The notes under the pieces were generated by a model. The model did not search any database, was not told where the DNA came from, and saw only the letters and a program-made list of their open reading frames with translations. DNA of 49,212 bases from Syntrophobacterales bacterium. GTDB lineage: Bacteria; Desulfobacterota; Syntrophia; Syntrophales; CAMTWB01. Below are positions 9,375 through 18,374 of the stretch, piece after piece; the stretch's first letter is position 1, and every line of letters starts with the position of its first letter. The position numbers and the translations under genes were made by a program. Location: the NCBI GenBank assembly GCA_037445955.1, contig JBBIJM010000007.1, positions 1 to 49,212 of the forward strand, written 5' to 3'.

Positions 9375-10280
9375 ATGACCGATATTGAAGATTTAGAATC
9401 AGACGGGACAAGCCTGCCTAAGCCGGCGATTCACCTTCTGGAAGACCAGCGTAAGGAGACACCTAATATAGTCGGGATAAGATTCCGGAAGGAAGGGAAG
9501 GTTTATTCATTTGACCCGGGTGATCAGGTACTCCCTGTCGATGAGCTGGTAATCGTCGAAACCGACCACGGGTTGGCTATGGGAAAGGTATGTGCCGCCG
9601 TTAACAGGCAGTCGCTCACCCATGTTCAAGGCGATTTAAAAAGGGTGCTCCGGATAGCCTCCGACCAGGATCTGTTGACCCGGGAGGCAAACCGGAAAAC
9701 AGAAGAGGAAAGCCGGCCCTACTTCAAAGCTAAGGTTAAAGAACTCGGCCTGCCGATGAAACTAATAGACGTCGAATGCCTTTTTGATAAAAGCAAGATT
9801 ATCTTTTATTTCTCTTCGGAAGGCAGGGTTGATTTCCGGGATCTGGTCAAGGAGCTTGTTCAGAAATATCGCACCAAGATCGAGTTGAAGCAGATCGGCT
9901 CCAGGCACGAGGCCAGGATCATCAAGGGTCTCGGTGTCTGCGGCCGGGAGGTCTGCTGTACCTTAATGTCCCGCAATTTCGACCGGGTGTCGGTAAAGAT
10001 GGCCAAGGAACAGAACCTCTCTTTGAATCCGGAAAAGATATCCGGTCTCTGCGGCCGGCTCATGTGCTGTCTGGCCTTCGAATATGATACCTATCTGGAC
10101 TTGAAGGGTAATATGCCTAAATGCGGCAAAACGATTCAGACCCCCCAGGGCAAGGGTAAGGTTATCCGGCAAAACGTCCTCTCCGGGGAAATATCGGTGC
10201 TCCTTGAGGACGGAAAGGAAACCACGATTAATATGAAAGCCTGCCCCAGGGGAGCAGGCTGCCAAGAGATGAAATCATGA
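9375..10280 (+). CDS. PSP1/YaaT (RicT) family protein
   Basis: GRVDFRDLVKEL, GLGVCGREVCC and KISGLCGRLMCCLAFE. Confidence 0.92.
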   Translation: MTDIEDLESDGTSLPKPAIHLLEDQRKETPNIVGIRFRKEGKVYSFDPGDQVLPVDELVIVETDHGLAMGKVCAAVNRQSLTHVQGDLKRVLRIASDQDLLTREANRKTEEESRPYFKAKVKELGLPMKLIDVECLFDKSKIIFYFSSEGRVDFRDLVKELVQKYRTKIELKQIGSRHEARIIKGLGVCGREVCCTLMSRNFDRVSVKMAKEQNLSLNPEKISGLCGRLMCCLAFEYDTYLDLKGNMPKCGKTIQTPQGKGKVIRQNVLSGEISVLLEDGKETTINMKACPRGAGCQEMKS

Positions 10281-12199
10281 CTAGCGGATACTATATAACA
10301 ACACCAATCTATTACGTAAATGCCTCCCCCCACCTGGGACACGCCTACACCACGATCGTGGCCGATGTCCTGGCCCGTTTCCATCGCCAGAGGAATCACA
10401 AGACCTTCTTCTTAACCGGCACCGACGAGCACGGAGACAAGATCGTCGAGGCCGCCGAAAAGGGCGGAATGAACCCCAAGGACTACGCCGACCTGATCAG
10501 CGGTCAATTCCGGGCACTCTGGCCGGAACTGAATATCACCAACGACGATTTCATCCGAACCACCGATTCCAGACATGTGAAAACCGTCCAGCTTATCCTC
10601 AAGAAGGTCTATGACTCGGGAGACATCTATTTCGGAAGCTACGAGGGGCATTACTGTATCGGCTGCGAACGTTTCTATACGGAGAAGGAACTGGCAGGCG
10701 GGTTATGTCCCGACCACCAGATGCCCCCGGAATATCGGAAAGAAAATAATTACTTCTTCCGGATGAGCAGGTATCAAAACTGGCTCATAGATCATATCGA
10801 AAAGAATCCGGATTTTATCAGACCCGAGCGCTATCGCAACGAGGTCCTGGCCTTCCTGAAGGAACCGCTGGAAGACCTCTGCATCTCTCGACCGAAGTCC
10901 AGGCTTGCCTGGGGGATTCCCCTCCCCTTCGACGAAAACTACGTAACCTATGTCTGGTTTGATGCCCTGATAAATTACGTCTCCGGGTTGGATTATCCCG
11001 AGGGAGAGAAATTTGAGAGCTTCTGGCCCGATGCCCAGCACCTGATAGCCAAGGATATCCTGAAGCCCCACGGGATCTACTGGCCCACTATGCTTGCCGC
11101 GGCGGGAATTCCACCTTACCGGCATCTCAATGTCCACGGGTACTGGAACATCGATCAAAGCAAAATGTCCAAAACCGTAGGAAACGTCGTAAAACCCCTG
11201 GACCTGAAGGACAGGTACGGCCTGGATGCCTTTCGCTATTTTCTCCTTAAGGACATGGTCTTCGGCCTGGATGCCTCTTTCAACGAAGAGGCCCTGATCC
11301 AGAGGATAAACTCGGACCTGGCTAACGACCTGGGGAATCTGGTAAGCCGGATCACGACGATGGCGGCAAGATTCTGCGGCAACCGGATCCCCGAGCCTAA
11401 GGAGCTTTTTGATCACGATCATCGGCTGATTGAGAAGGCAGGAGATACCCGGAAAGACGTTGACCGGTATTTCGGGGAATTGGCCTTTCATAAGGCCCTG
11501 GCGGCGATCTGGGATTTTATCAGCCTGACCAACAAATACGTGGTTGAAACGGAGCCCTGGAACCTGGCCAAGGACAAACTCAAGAACGCCCGTCTTTCCA
11601 CGGTTATCTATAACCTCCTCGAGTCGTTAAGGATCATCGCGATCCTGATCTGGCCGGTTTTGCCTCAAACCTCCGGGCTGATCCTCAAACAGCTTGGAGA
11701 ATCGCCGGTGGAGGCGGATTTTGAAAAGGTGATCCGCTGGGGCGGACTGAACCCGGGAACCCCAGTTCAAGCCGCCCCGGCCCTCTTCCCCCGGATCGAA
11801 AAACAAAAAGAGACAAGGCCGGTAAAAGAAACGGAAAATAAAAGGGAAAAGGTGGAGGCAGGACGGGAGTTAAAGCCGGAAATCACCTACGATGATTTCG
11901 CCAGGCTGGATATCAGAACCGCTCAAGTAATCGAAGCGGAGGCCGTGCCTGATTCCCGGAAGCTCATCAGGCTTAAGATCGATCTTGGCTTCGAACAGAG
12001 GACGATCGTGGCCGGCATCGGCGGGCATTACCTCCCCGCTGCCCTGGTCGGGACAAAAATCATCGTCCTTGCGAATCTTAAACCCCAGGAGCTCATGGGC
12101 GTCCGCTCCCAGGGGATGCTCCTGGCGACGGAAGGAATCAACGGCCTTACCCTGCTCACCTGCGATAAAGAACCCATATTGGGGGGTAGAATCAAATAG
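10277..12199 (+). CDS. metG: Methionine--tRNA ligase with C-terminal tRNA-binding domain
   Basis: YITTPIYYVN..PHLGH, KMSK, CIGC..CPDH zinc knuckle, C-terminal OB fold (SQGMLL). Confidence 0.98.
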   Translation: MTSGYYITTPIYYVNASPHLGHAYTTIVADVLARFHRQRNHKTFFLTGTDEHGDKIVEAAEKGGMNPKDYADLISGQFRALWPELNITNDDFIRTTDSRHVKTVQLILKKVYDSGDIYFGSYEGHYCIGCERFYTEKELAGGLCPDHQMPPEYRKENNYFFRMSRYQNWLIDHIEKNPDFIRPERYRNEVLAFLKEPLEDLCISRPKSRLAWGIPLPFDENYVTYVWFDALINYVSGLDYPEGEKFESFWPDAQHLIAKDILKPHGIYWPTMLAAAGIPPYRHLNVHGYWNIDQSKMSKTVGNVVKPLDLKDRYGLDAFRYFLLKDMVFGLDASFNEEALIQRINSDLANDLGNLVSRITTMAARFCGNRIPEPKELFDHDHRLIEKAGDTRKDVDRYFGELAFHKALAAIWDFISLTNKYVVETEPWNLAKDKLKNARLSTVIYNLLESLRIIAILIWPVLPQTSGLILKQLGESPVEADFEKVIRWGGLNPGTPVQAAPALFPRIEKQKETRPVKETENKREKVEAGRELKPEITYDDFARLDIRTAQVIEAEAVPDSRKLIRLKIDLGFEQRTIVAGIGGHYLPAALVGTKIIVLANLKPQELMGVRSQGMLLATEGINGLTLLTCDKEPILGGRIK

Positions 12200-12213
12200 A
12201 ACGACAGCCTTGA

Positions 12214-12280
12214 ACGAGCCTCGCCTCGAGGCTCGTAAGCGACTGGAAATGACGTTATTCAAAGCTTTCGAATGAATAAC
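12214..12280. terminator. Two hairpins between convergent metG and aldolase genes
   Basis: acgagcctcg-cct-cgaggctcgt (perfect 10 bp, 12214-12236) and gttattca...tgaataac (12254-12280). No strong U-tract. Confidence 0.5.
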
Positions 12281-12316
12281 TGAACCCCGGTTTCCTATCG
12301 GTTTCCCCCCGGCGGG

Positions 12317-13717
12317 TCACCGATTCTCCTGCTTAAGCGCCGCCGGCCTCTTGGGCACCACCTCGATTAAGTCTATGTATTTCAGAAGCCCTTGCCTGCC
12401 GTTGATGCCGAGCTTGGCAAAGAGGAAGGAAAACTGGTGCTCAAGCTCGGTCATGATCTGCTTGAGATTCGTCTCAGGCAGGCCCCATAGTTCCCGTTTG
12501 AAAGGGCCGAATCCTTTTTTCCTGGTTTTGTAAAGGAACTGTTCCTCCGAATCTCCCGACTTCCACTCTCCGGGGAATTCCTTTTTCAGATACCCGTAGA
12601 TGGCCTCCCTAAGGGTGGGTGGAAGGGCCTGGCTTTCGTAAACCATGTTTTGAAATCCCGTGGCCAGATGGACTTCCGCCGTTCGCACCGCCGGGAACCG
12701 GTCAAAGGCCTCGCTGGGCAGGGTGGAGGCGCCGTGCTGGACCGCTCCCGCCAGACCGTATTCCCCGATGGCAACGAGAGAGAGTTTTTCTAAAGTATCG
12801 AAATCCAGTTTAACCTTCGCCACGGTGCCATCGGGCAGGGGAACCCCTCCGTGAGACGTGCCGGTCTGGACGCTTATTTTGCTTATTCCCTTAAGATCGG
12901 GCCCGGCCTTCTTCAATTCCTCGTTATAGCCCTTCATAAAGGCCGCAAGTTCCTCTACCGTGGAATTCTTACCCCCCACCTCCCCGATCTCCCCGCCCAC
13001 GGAGATGGAGATGCCTTCCGGTTCCAGATCCCTGATCAAAACTGTAAGTTCGGAAGCCAGAGAATAATTAAGCCTCTGTTGGTCGTCTATGGTTTGCTGA
13101 GAAAGATCCACCAGGGTAGAGGTATCGATGTCGATGTTGTAGAAGCCGGCCTCGATCGCCTCCCAGATGAGATCCTTAACCGCCTTCAATTCCTTGCCCT
13201 GATCCTTGGCATATCTTCCGGCGCTGACCTGAAAGTGATCGCCCTGAAGAAAGACCGGCCCCTTATATCCCACCTTGATCGCCGCGGCCAGAACCGCTGC
13301 GGTGTACTCGGCCGGCCGTTGGAGGGTGTAATCGATCTCGGAACGGGCGATCTCGAATATTACCGGCCCAGCCTCCCCCTTCATTGCCGCCTTAAACGCC
13401 GCCTGGGAGGTATGATAGGTCAAGGACCGAATATTGATGGCCGGCACGGTAAACCCGCTCTCTTCCCCCCTGCCCATGGCCTCGTAGAGCTTCTGGATCG
13501 AAGCTGAAAGTATACCCAAAGACGAAGCGAGACGATGGATCAGCCAGCGGGCGGCCTCTTTAGTCTCCTTGCCCTCGGAAAATACGGCGGTCATGATCAG
13601 GGTATCTATAAGTTCATCCCGGAGCTTCGCTGGGTCTTTGATCTTGACCTCATCGCCGACAATCTCTATTGCATGTTTGCATCCCTCGCTCAACTGCTGC
13701 AAAGATTCAAAAATCAT
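12317..13717 (-). CDS. Class II fructose-bisphosphate aldolase family protein (long form)
   Basis: TVPAIN, QGDH, GEIGEVGG, GTSHGG and VQHGAS metal-binding motifs; downstream of fbp. Confidence 0.85.
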   Translation of the reverse strand: MIFESLQQLSEGCKHAIEIVGDEVKIKDPAKLRDELIDTLIMTAVFSEGKETKEAARWLIHRLASSLGILSASIQKLYEAMGRGEESGFTVPAINIRSLTYHTSQAAFKAAMKGEAGPVIFEIARSEIDYTLQRPAEYTAAVLAAAIKVGYKGPVFLQGDHFQVSAGRYAKDQGKELKAVKDLIWEAIEAGFYNIDIDTSTLVDLSQQTIDDQQRLNYSLASELTVLIRDLEPEGISISVGGEIGEVGGKNSTVEELAAFMKGYNEELKKAGPDLKGISKISVQTGTSHGGVPLPDGTVAKVKLDFDTLEKLSLVAIGEYGLAGAVQHGASTLPSEAFDRFPAVRTAEVHLATGFQNMVYESQALPPTLREAIYGYLKKEFPGEWKSGDSEEQFLYKTRKKGFGPFKRELWGLPETNLKQIMTELEHQFSFLFAKLGINGRQGLLKYIDLIEVVPKRPAALKQENR

Positions 13718-13755
13718 GTCTCGCTCCTTATAGTTGATTTTATCTTTCTAGCCGT

Positions 13756-14328
13756 TCATTTTCTCGCCGTCATGATAAAGTAAGGGGGGATGTTCAGGGG
13801 CTCGAAGGAAAGATCGACCTTCCTGAAATAACGTTTCAAGATAGGAAAAATCAGGGGGGAGCTCTGATAAACTATCAACTTGCCGTCCTCTTTCAAGGTC
13901 TCCCGGATCCGCTCGATCAGAAGAAACCGCTCTTTTTTCTCGATGAAGCTAAACGGGATCCCCGAGATGACAACGTCGGCCAGACCCTGGTCACCGTCCG
14001 CTCCGTAGTTTGCAATAAGTTCCCGCAGTCTCGGCGATACCTTAAGCACGTCTTCGTGAATCACGATTAATCTCGGATCATGAATCTTGCTCATCTCCCG
14101 GACAAACTCATCAAGAATCTCGATTGCCAGAATCTTGCCTTCGGGAGTCATCGCTTGGAGCAGCTTCCTGGTGATTACCCCGTTGCCCGGGCCAAACTCG
14201 ATGACACATCGGGAGCCGGGGTTTATTTTTTGGACAATCGAGTCGGCAACCCAATTCAGGGTTGGGATAATGGCGCTTACGGTTTTGAGATTCTTAAGGG
14301 ATATTTTTATAAACTCCTGGGTATTCAA
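13756..14328 (-). CDS. SAM-dependent methyltransferase, PmtA/OlsG-like (lipid N-methyltransferase type)
   Basis: VSAIIPT, VIEFGPGNGVIT, VISGIPF and NIPP motifs. TTG start overlaps the fbp stop codon. Confidence 0.8.
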   Translation of the reverse strand: MNTQEFIKISLKNLKTVSAIIPTLNWVADSIVQKINPGSRCVIEFGPGNGVITRKLLQAMTPEGKILAIEILDEFVREMSKIHDPRLIVIHEDVLKVSPRLRELIANYGADGDQGLADVVISGIPFSFIEKKERFLLIERIRETLKEDGKLIVYQSSPLIFPILKRYFRKVDLSFEPLNIPPYFIMTARK

Positions 14329-15281
14329 CGGGAAATGCCTTTCTCTTCATTCAAAAATTCGTGCGCCTTCTTTACCTCATAGGTGCTCCCGATGTAAATA
14401 GGCGATCGTTGGTGAAGGTCCTTGACTGGAATATCCAGGATCGCATCCCGGCCGTCGGTGGCCATACCGCCGGCGTTTTTCACAATAAAGGCCATCGGTT
14501 GCAGCTCAAAAAGGAGCCTCAATTTACCCTGGGGGCTTTTCTTCAAGGCCGGATAGGTGAATAACCCCCCCTTCTTGATAACAATCTGATTGATGTCCGG
14601 GACAAACCCGCCGCTATACCGGAGCTTATATCCCGAATCCTCAAGAAACTCAACGTATTTAAGATGATTGGGAATCCAGTCTTTTCTCAATCCTCCGAGG
14701 CTGTAAATATCGCCCTTCTCTCGAAAGGCGATATTCTCCTGGGAAAGAACATATTCCCCCTCTCGATTGAGGACAAACTCATGGGTGCCCTTTCCCGCCG
14801 AATATACCAGGGTAATGAGGGGGCCGTAGGTTATGTAGAGAGCGGCGACCATGGATTTAGACCCGGTTTCGTAGATCGAATCCTGGTGAATGCCGATGAT
14901 GGTGCCGATGGCCAGATTTGTCTCAACCAGAGATGAGCCGTCCAGGGGATCGGCGGTGATTAAATACCGTCCGCCTCCGGCGGGCATCTTGAAGATCTCT
15001 TCCTCTTCCTCCGAGGCATATTCCCGGACAATACCGGAAAACTGAAGCTGATTCTTGAGGATCTCATCGGCGCTTCGATCGAGGGTGAGCTGTTCCTCCC
15101 CGTAAACATTTTTCAAGCCGGCTAGTTTTCTATTGGATTCCTGGATCTTGGCGGAGATATATTTTCCTATAACCCCGATCTGCCAGATTAGTCTTCTCAG
15201 TTCCTGCTCCACCCCGGCAAGCCACATGTGTCTTCGGAGATCGACGGTGAACTTGGTATAATCGCAAATTCCTTCCCCCAT
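14325..15281 (-). CDS. fbp: Fructose-1,6-bisphosphatase class I
   Basis: NVYGEEQLTLD, ASEE, DPLDGSS, LRYSG..VPD, GKLRLLFE. Confidence 0.96.
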   Translation of the reverse strand: MGEGICDYTKFTVDLRRHMWLAGVEQELRRLIWQIGVIGKYISAKIQESNRKLAGLKNVYGEEQLTLDRSADEILKNQLQFSGIVREYASEEEEEIFKMPAGGGRYLITADPLDGSSLVETNLAIGTIIGIHQDSIYETGSKSMVAALYITYGPLITLVYSAGKGTHEFVLNREGEYVLSQENIAFREKGDIYSLGGLRKDWIPNHLKYVEFLEDSGYKLRYSGGFVPDINQIVIKKGGLFTYPALKKSPQGKLRLLFELQPMAFIVKNAGGMATDGRDAILDIPVKDLHQRSPIYIGSTYEVKKAHEFLNEEKGISR

Positions 15282-15304
15282 GATTAATTCCCCCCTCGCC
15301 TAAG

Positions 15305-16348
15305 CTAGGCGTTTTTATCGCCGGTCACGTTTATCACGTTCGGCGAAGGGATAGCAATACCTTCTTCGCCAAAGCGCCGATGGAGTATTTTCAGGAAATT
15401 ATGGATTAGCTGCGGCTGCAACTTAAATTCCGTCGTCCGCAGGACAACGGTGAGTTTTATCCCATAGTCTCCGAAATTCACATAGCGGACTGTGGGCGTC
15501 CAAGAGGCGGCGCCGGAAGACTGTTCTTTCTCCAGACTTCCGGCAACCTCGTCAATGATCTTCTCTATCCGATCCAAATCCGATTTGTAGCTCACCATGA
15601 GGGGGATGCGGACGGCCAACTCCTGATCGGGCAGGTCGTAATTGGTTATCGACGCCGAGGCAATCTTCTGATTAGGCACGATTATCAGGTAATTAGCGGG
15701 ATTCAACAACGAGGTGGTTCGCCAGTTGATATCCTGAACATATCCCTCGTCTCCGGAATCGAGTTTTATATACTGCCCCAATCTTATCTGCCGGGAGACC
15801 AGGATATGCAAACCGGAAAACAAATTGGCCAGGGTATCCCGCAGGGCCAGGGCTACCGCCAGTCCCCCGACCCCCAGGGCGGTAAGGATCGGGGTGATGG
15901 AGATGCCCAGAGAATTCAGGATGATAAGAAGGCCGGTGATGTAGATGATAAGCTTGGTTACGTTCGACAGGATGGATATGGAATGGGCGATATTGTGGTT
16001 GCGCCGGGCGTAGAGGTTTACCAGTCCCTCCGTAATCCGTGCCACCACCAACGTTGCCGATGAGATCAGGACGATCAGGAAAAGCTTGTCAATCAGCCGA
16101 CTGATCGTCTCACCGAGATCAAGAAAGCCAGAGGCGGCATAGATACCGGCAACGGTGGCCCAGAGGGTCACCGTCCTCTTGAAAGCCGACAGAATTATCT
16201 TATCGCCTTCCCAGGGGGTCTTCGTGGCCAGTTTTTTTAAGCGGGATATAAGCGCCCTTTCTACGATCAGGCCGACAAAGAACCCCCCTGCGACAAAAGC
16301 GACTACTGGAAATAACACCTTGAAATAGGATATAGAGACGTCGAACAT
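15305..16348 (-). CDS. mscS: Small-conductance mechanosensitive channel
   Basis: LTALGVGGLAVALALRDTLANLFSG, G.V.DINWRTT and IIVPN. Confidence 0.92.
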   Translation of the reverse strand: MFDVSISYFKVLFPVVAFVAGGFFVGLIVERALISRLKKLATKTPWEGDKIILSAFKRTVTLWATVAGIYAASGFLDLGETISRLIDKLFLIVLISSATLVVARITEGLVNLYARRNHNIAHSISILSNVTKLIIYITGLLIILNSLGISITPILTALGVGGLAVALALRDTLANLFSGLHILVSRQIRLGQYIKLDSGDEGYVQDINWRTTSLLNPANYLIIVPNQKIASASITNYDLPDQELAVRIPLMVSYKSDLDRIEKIIDEVAGSLEKEQSSGAASWTPTVRYVNFGDYGIKLTVVLRTTEFKLQPQLIHNFLKILHRRFGEEGIAIPSPNVINVTGDKNA

Positions 16349-16425
16349 GAGGGCATACCTTAAAGAAGATTTTCCCGGATCTGTCCTTCATGTTATATCA
16401 CAAAGGACCTTATGAAAAAACCTTT

Positions 16426-16554
16426 ATTATACCTGACGGCACAAATCTTGTGTGGTTCGTAACTTGGGGCTCGACCAGGAATGCAGGGTATTTCCGGATT
16501 CCCGCTTTCCCGGGATTGACGGGATGGATCGTGATTAATATCGTCAGGTATAAT
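16426..16554. mobile_element. MITE-like non-autonomous element with 13-bp terminal inverted repeats
   Basis: ATTATACCTGACG (16426-16438) and CGTCAGGTATAAT (16542-16554) are perfect inverted repeats. The interior has a REP/dRS3-like GGATTCCCGCTTTCCCGGGATTGAC (16496-16520). Confidence 0.6.
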
Positions 16555-16675
16555 CGCATTTGATATTTTTTTAGGTAAAAACCCCTTGCAATTTTTTTTA
16601 AGATGAACCTAGCTAAAACTGGAATTGCCGTATGTTTAATCCCGTGGCAGCCAGAGGGAACAAATATCCTGAATT

Positions 16676-17527
16676 ATGATCAGCTCAAAGCAAGAGGAGT
16701 ACCTCCTGGCCAGGGCCTATCTGCCCGAACATATTGTGACCCTGATGGGCATCGTATCAAAAGGTGAACCTTTTTTTATCGATGACTGCCTGGTTTTTAA
16801 CGGAGATAACTGGACTATCCTTATCGGCTACCCTCTGGAAGAACCATTTACCCCGGAGGGATTAGAGGCAAAGATTGAAAAGATCCGCCGGGTATTCGGT
16901 CCCGAATACCTCTGGTTCATCTCTCCCGCCCCGCTGCGGACCGTTTCGGAACATTGCCGCGAAAGGGAGACAGATCAGTACTTTACCCTGGATATCTCAA
17001 GTGGACCGATAAATAACCGTCTCCGCTGTCTGGCCGAAAATGCCGCTAAGGTCTTGACGGTGGAGAGAAACCATTCCTTCTGCGCGGATAATCTTGAGTT
17101 GGTTGAGGAGCTGACCGGGCGGTCGGAGCTGAAGCCCAGGGTAAAGGCCCTCTACCAGGCCATGCCCGAATACCTTTCTCGCTCAAAAACCGCCCTGGTT
17201 TTAAATGCCCGGGACGGACAAGGCAGGCTCGCCGCCTTCCAGGTGATCGATCTGGCCGGAAGAGACTTCTTGGCGTATATTTTAGGCGCGTACTCCCAAG
17301 TCCATTATGTGCCCCATGCCTCGGATCTCCTTTTTTTCGAGATGACAAAAATCTCCCGGGAGTATGATAAGCAGACGATCAATTTAGGAATCGGCGTCAA
17401 CGAGGGAATAAGGAGATTTAAAAGAAAATGGGGCGGGAGGGTGTTTCTAGGCTACGAGTTCTACGAGTATCATTACCCCGCTTCGAGGACCTTCTTTCTT
17501 TTTGACCAGTTAAGGAGGATTTTTTGA
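16676..17527 (+). CDS. Hypothetical protein, GNAT/FemAB-like fold (paralog 1)
   Basis: 283-aa ORF. C-terminal ASDLL..INLGIGVNEGIRRFKRKWGG resembles the Fem/BioF2-type GNAT end motif. Clear paralog at 18371. Confidence 0.7.
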   Translation: MISSKQEEYLLARAYLPEHIVTLMGIVSKGEPFFIDDCLVFNGDNWTILIGYPLEEPFTPEGLEAKIEKIRRVFGPEYLWFISPAPLRTVSEHCRERETDQYFTLDISSGPINNRLRCLAENAAKVLTVERNHSFCADNLELVEELTGRSELKPRVKALYQAMPEYLSRSKTALVLNARDGQGRLAAFQVIDLAGRDFLAYILGAYSQVHYVPHASDLLFFEMTKISREYDKQTINLGIGVNEGIRRFKRKWGGRVFLGYEFYEYHYPASRTFFLFDQLRRIF

Positions 17528-17549
17528 TGGAAAGAGGATTGGATAATTT

Positions 17550-18374
17550 ATGAATTTGTTCTTTTGGCGGCCCCGGCGTCTAAAATCGGTCTATCGTTTG
17601 GAAAAACAAGAAAAAACGGCCCTCCTGGCGGGAACCGCCCATTTCTGTCCTTACAGCTTCGCCAAACCCCTCACTACCCTCATTGCCGCAGCGGAGATTG
17701 TGGTCTTTGAGGGTCCCCTCGACAAAGAAAGTATGGCCAGGGTAGTCTCTTACGGCAGAGATAAAGGGGATATGCCTTCCCTTTACCAGGCCTTAGACCC
17801 GACGGCAATCCGGGAGCTAAACAGCCGGTTGGCCTCGGTGATAAACGGGAATAATCCTACCGGCAGTTTCGTCGAATTCCTGAAGCCGCCGGAGCCAGAT
17901 TATGTTGAGGAGTTCACCAGAGACATCCGCCCCTGGCTTGCCTTCTTTACCATCTGGTCAACCCTTCTTGACTGGAAACATTCGATGGATGTGGAGGCCT
18001 TCAATATTGCCAGCAAGCTCAACAAAAGGATCCATTTTCTCGAGACCATCGAAGATCAGGTTCAGGCCATGGAAGGGATCCCCTTTGAACGTTTTGTCAA
18101 TTTCCTAAATAATGCAGCCGAATGGAAAAGCTACAAGACCAGGTATCTCAAAACCTTTCTCGGCGGAGATATCGAGAGCTTCAAAAATGTTCTCGCGGCC
18201 TTCCCGACCCGCTGCGATTCCATCCTGACCGCCCGGGATCCGATCTTTTTTAACGGGATAAAAGAGGCCATGAGGCAGGGAAAAACTACGGCCTTTGTGG
18301 GCAATGCCCACGTCCCCGGTCTCCTTTCCTTCTTCGCCGCTGAAGGGTACAACATCGACCAGGTGCGGGTATGA
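17550..18374 (+). CDS. TraB/GumN (TIKI-like) family metallohydrolase
   Basis: LAGTAH, VVFE, LETIEDQ, RD and FVGNAH motifs. No signal peptide. Confidence 0.8.
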   Translation: MNLFFWRPRRLKSVYRLEKQEKTALLAGTAHFCPYSFAKPLTTLIAAAEIVVFEGPLDKESMARVVSYGRDKGDMPSLYQALDPTAIRELNSRLASVINGNNPTGSFVEFLKPPEPDYVEEFTRDIRPWLAFFTIWSTLLDWKHSMDVEAFNIASKLNKRIHFLETIEDQVQAMEGIPFERFVNFLNNAAEWKSYKTRYLKTFLGGDIESFKNVLAAFPTRCDSILTARDPIFFNGIKEAMRQGKTTAFVGNAHVPGLLSFFAAEGYNIDQVRV

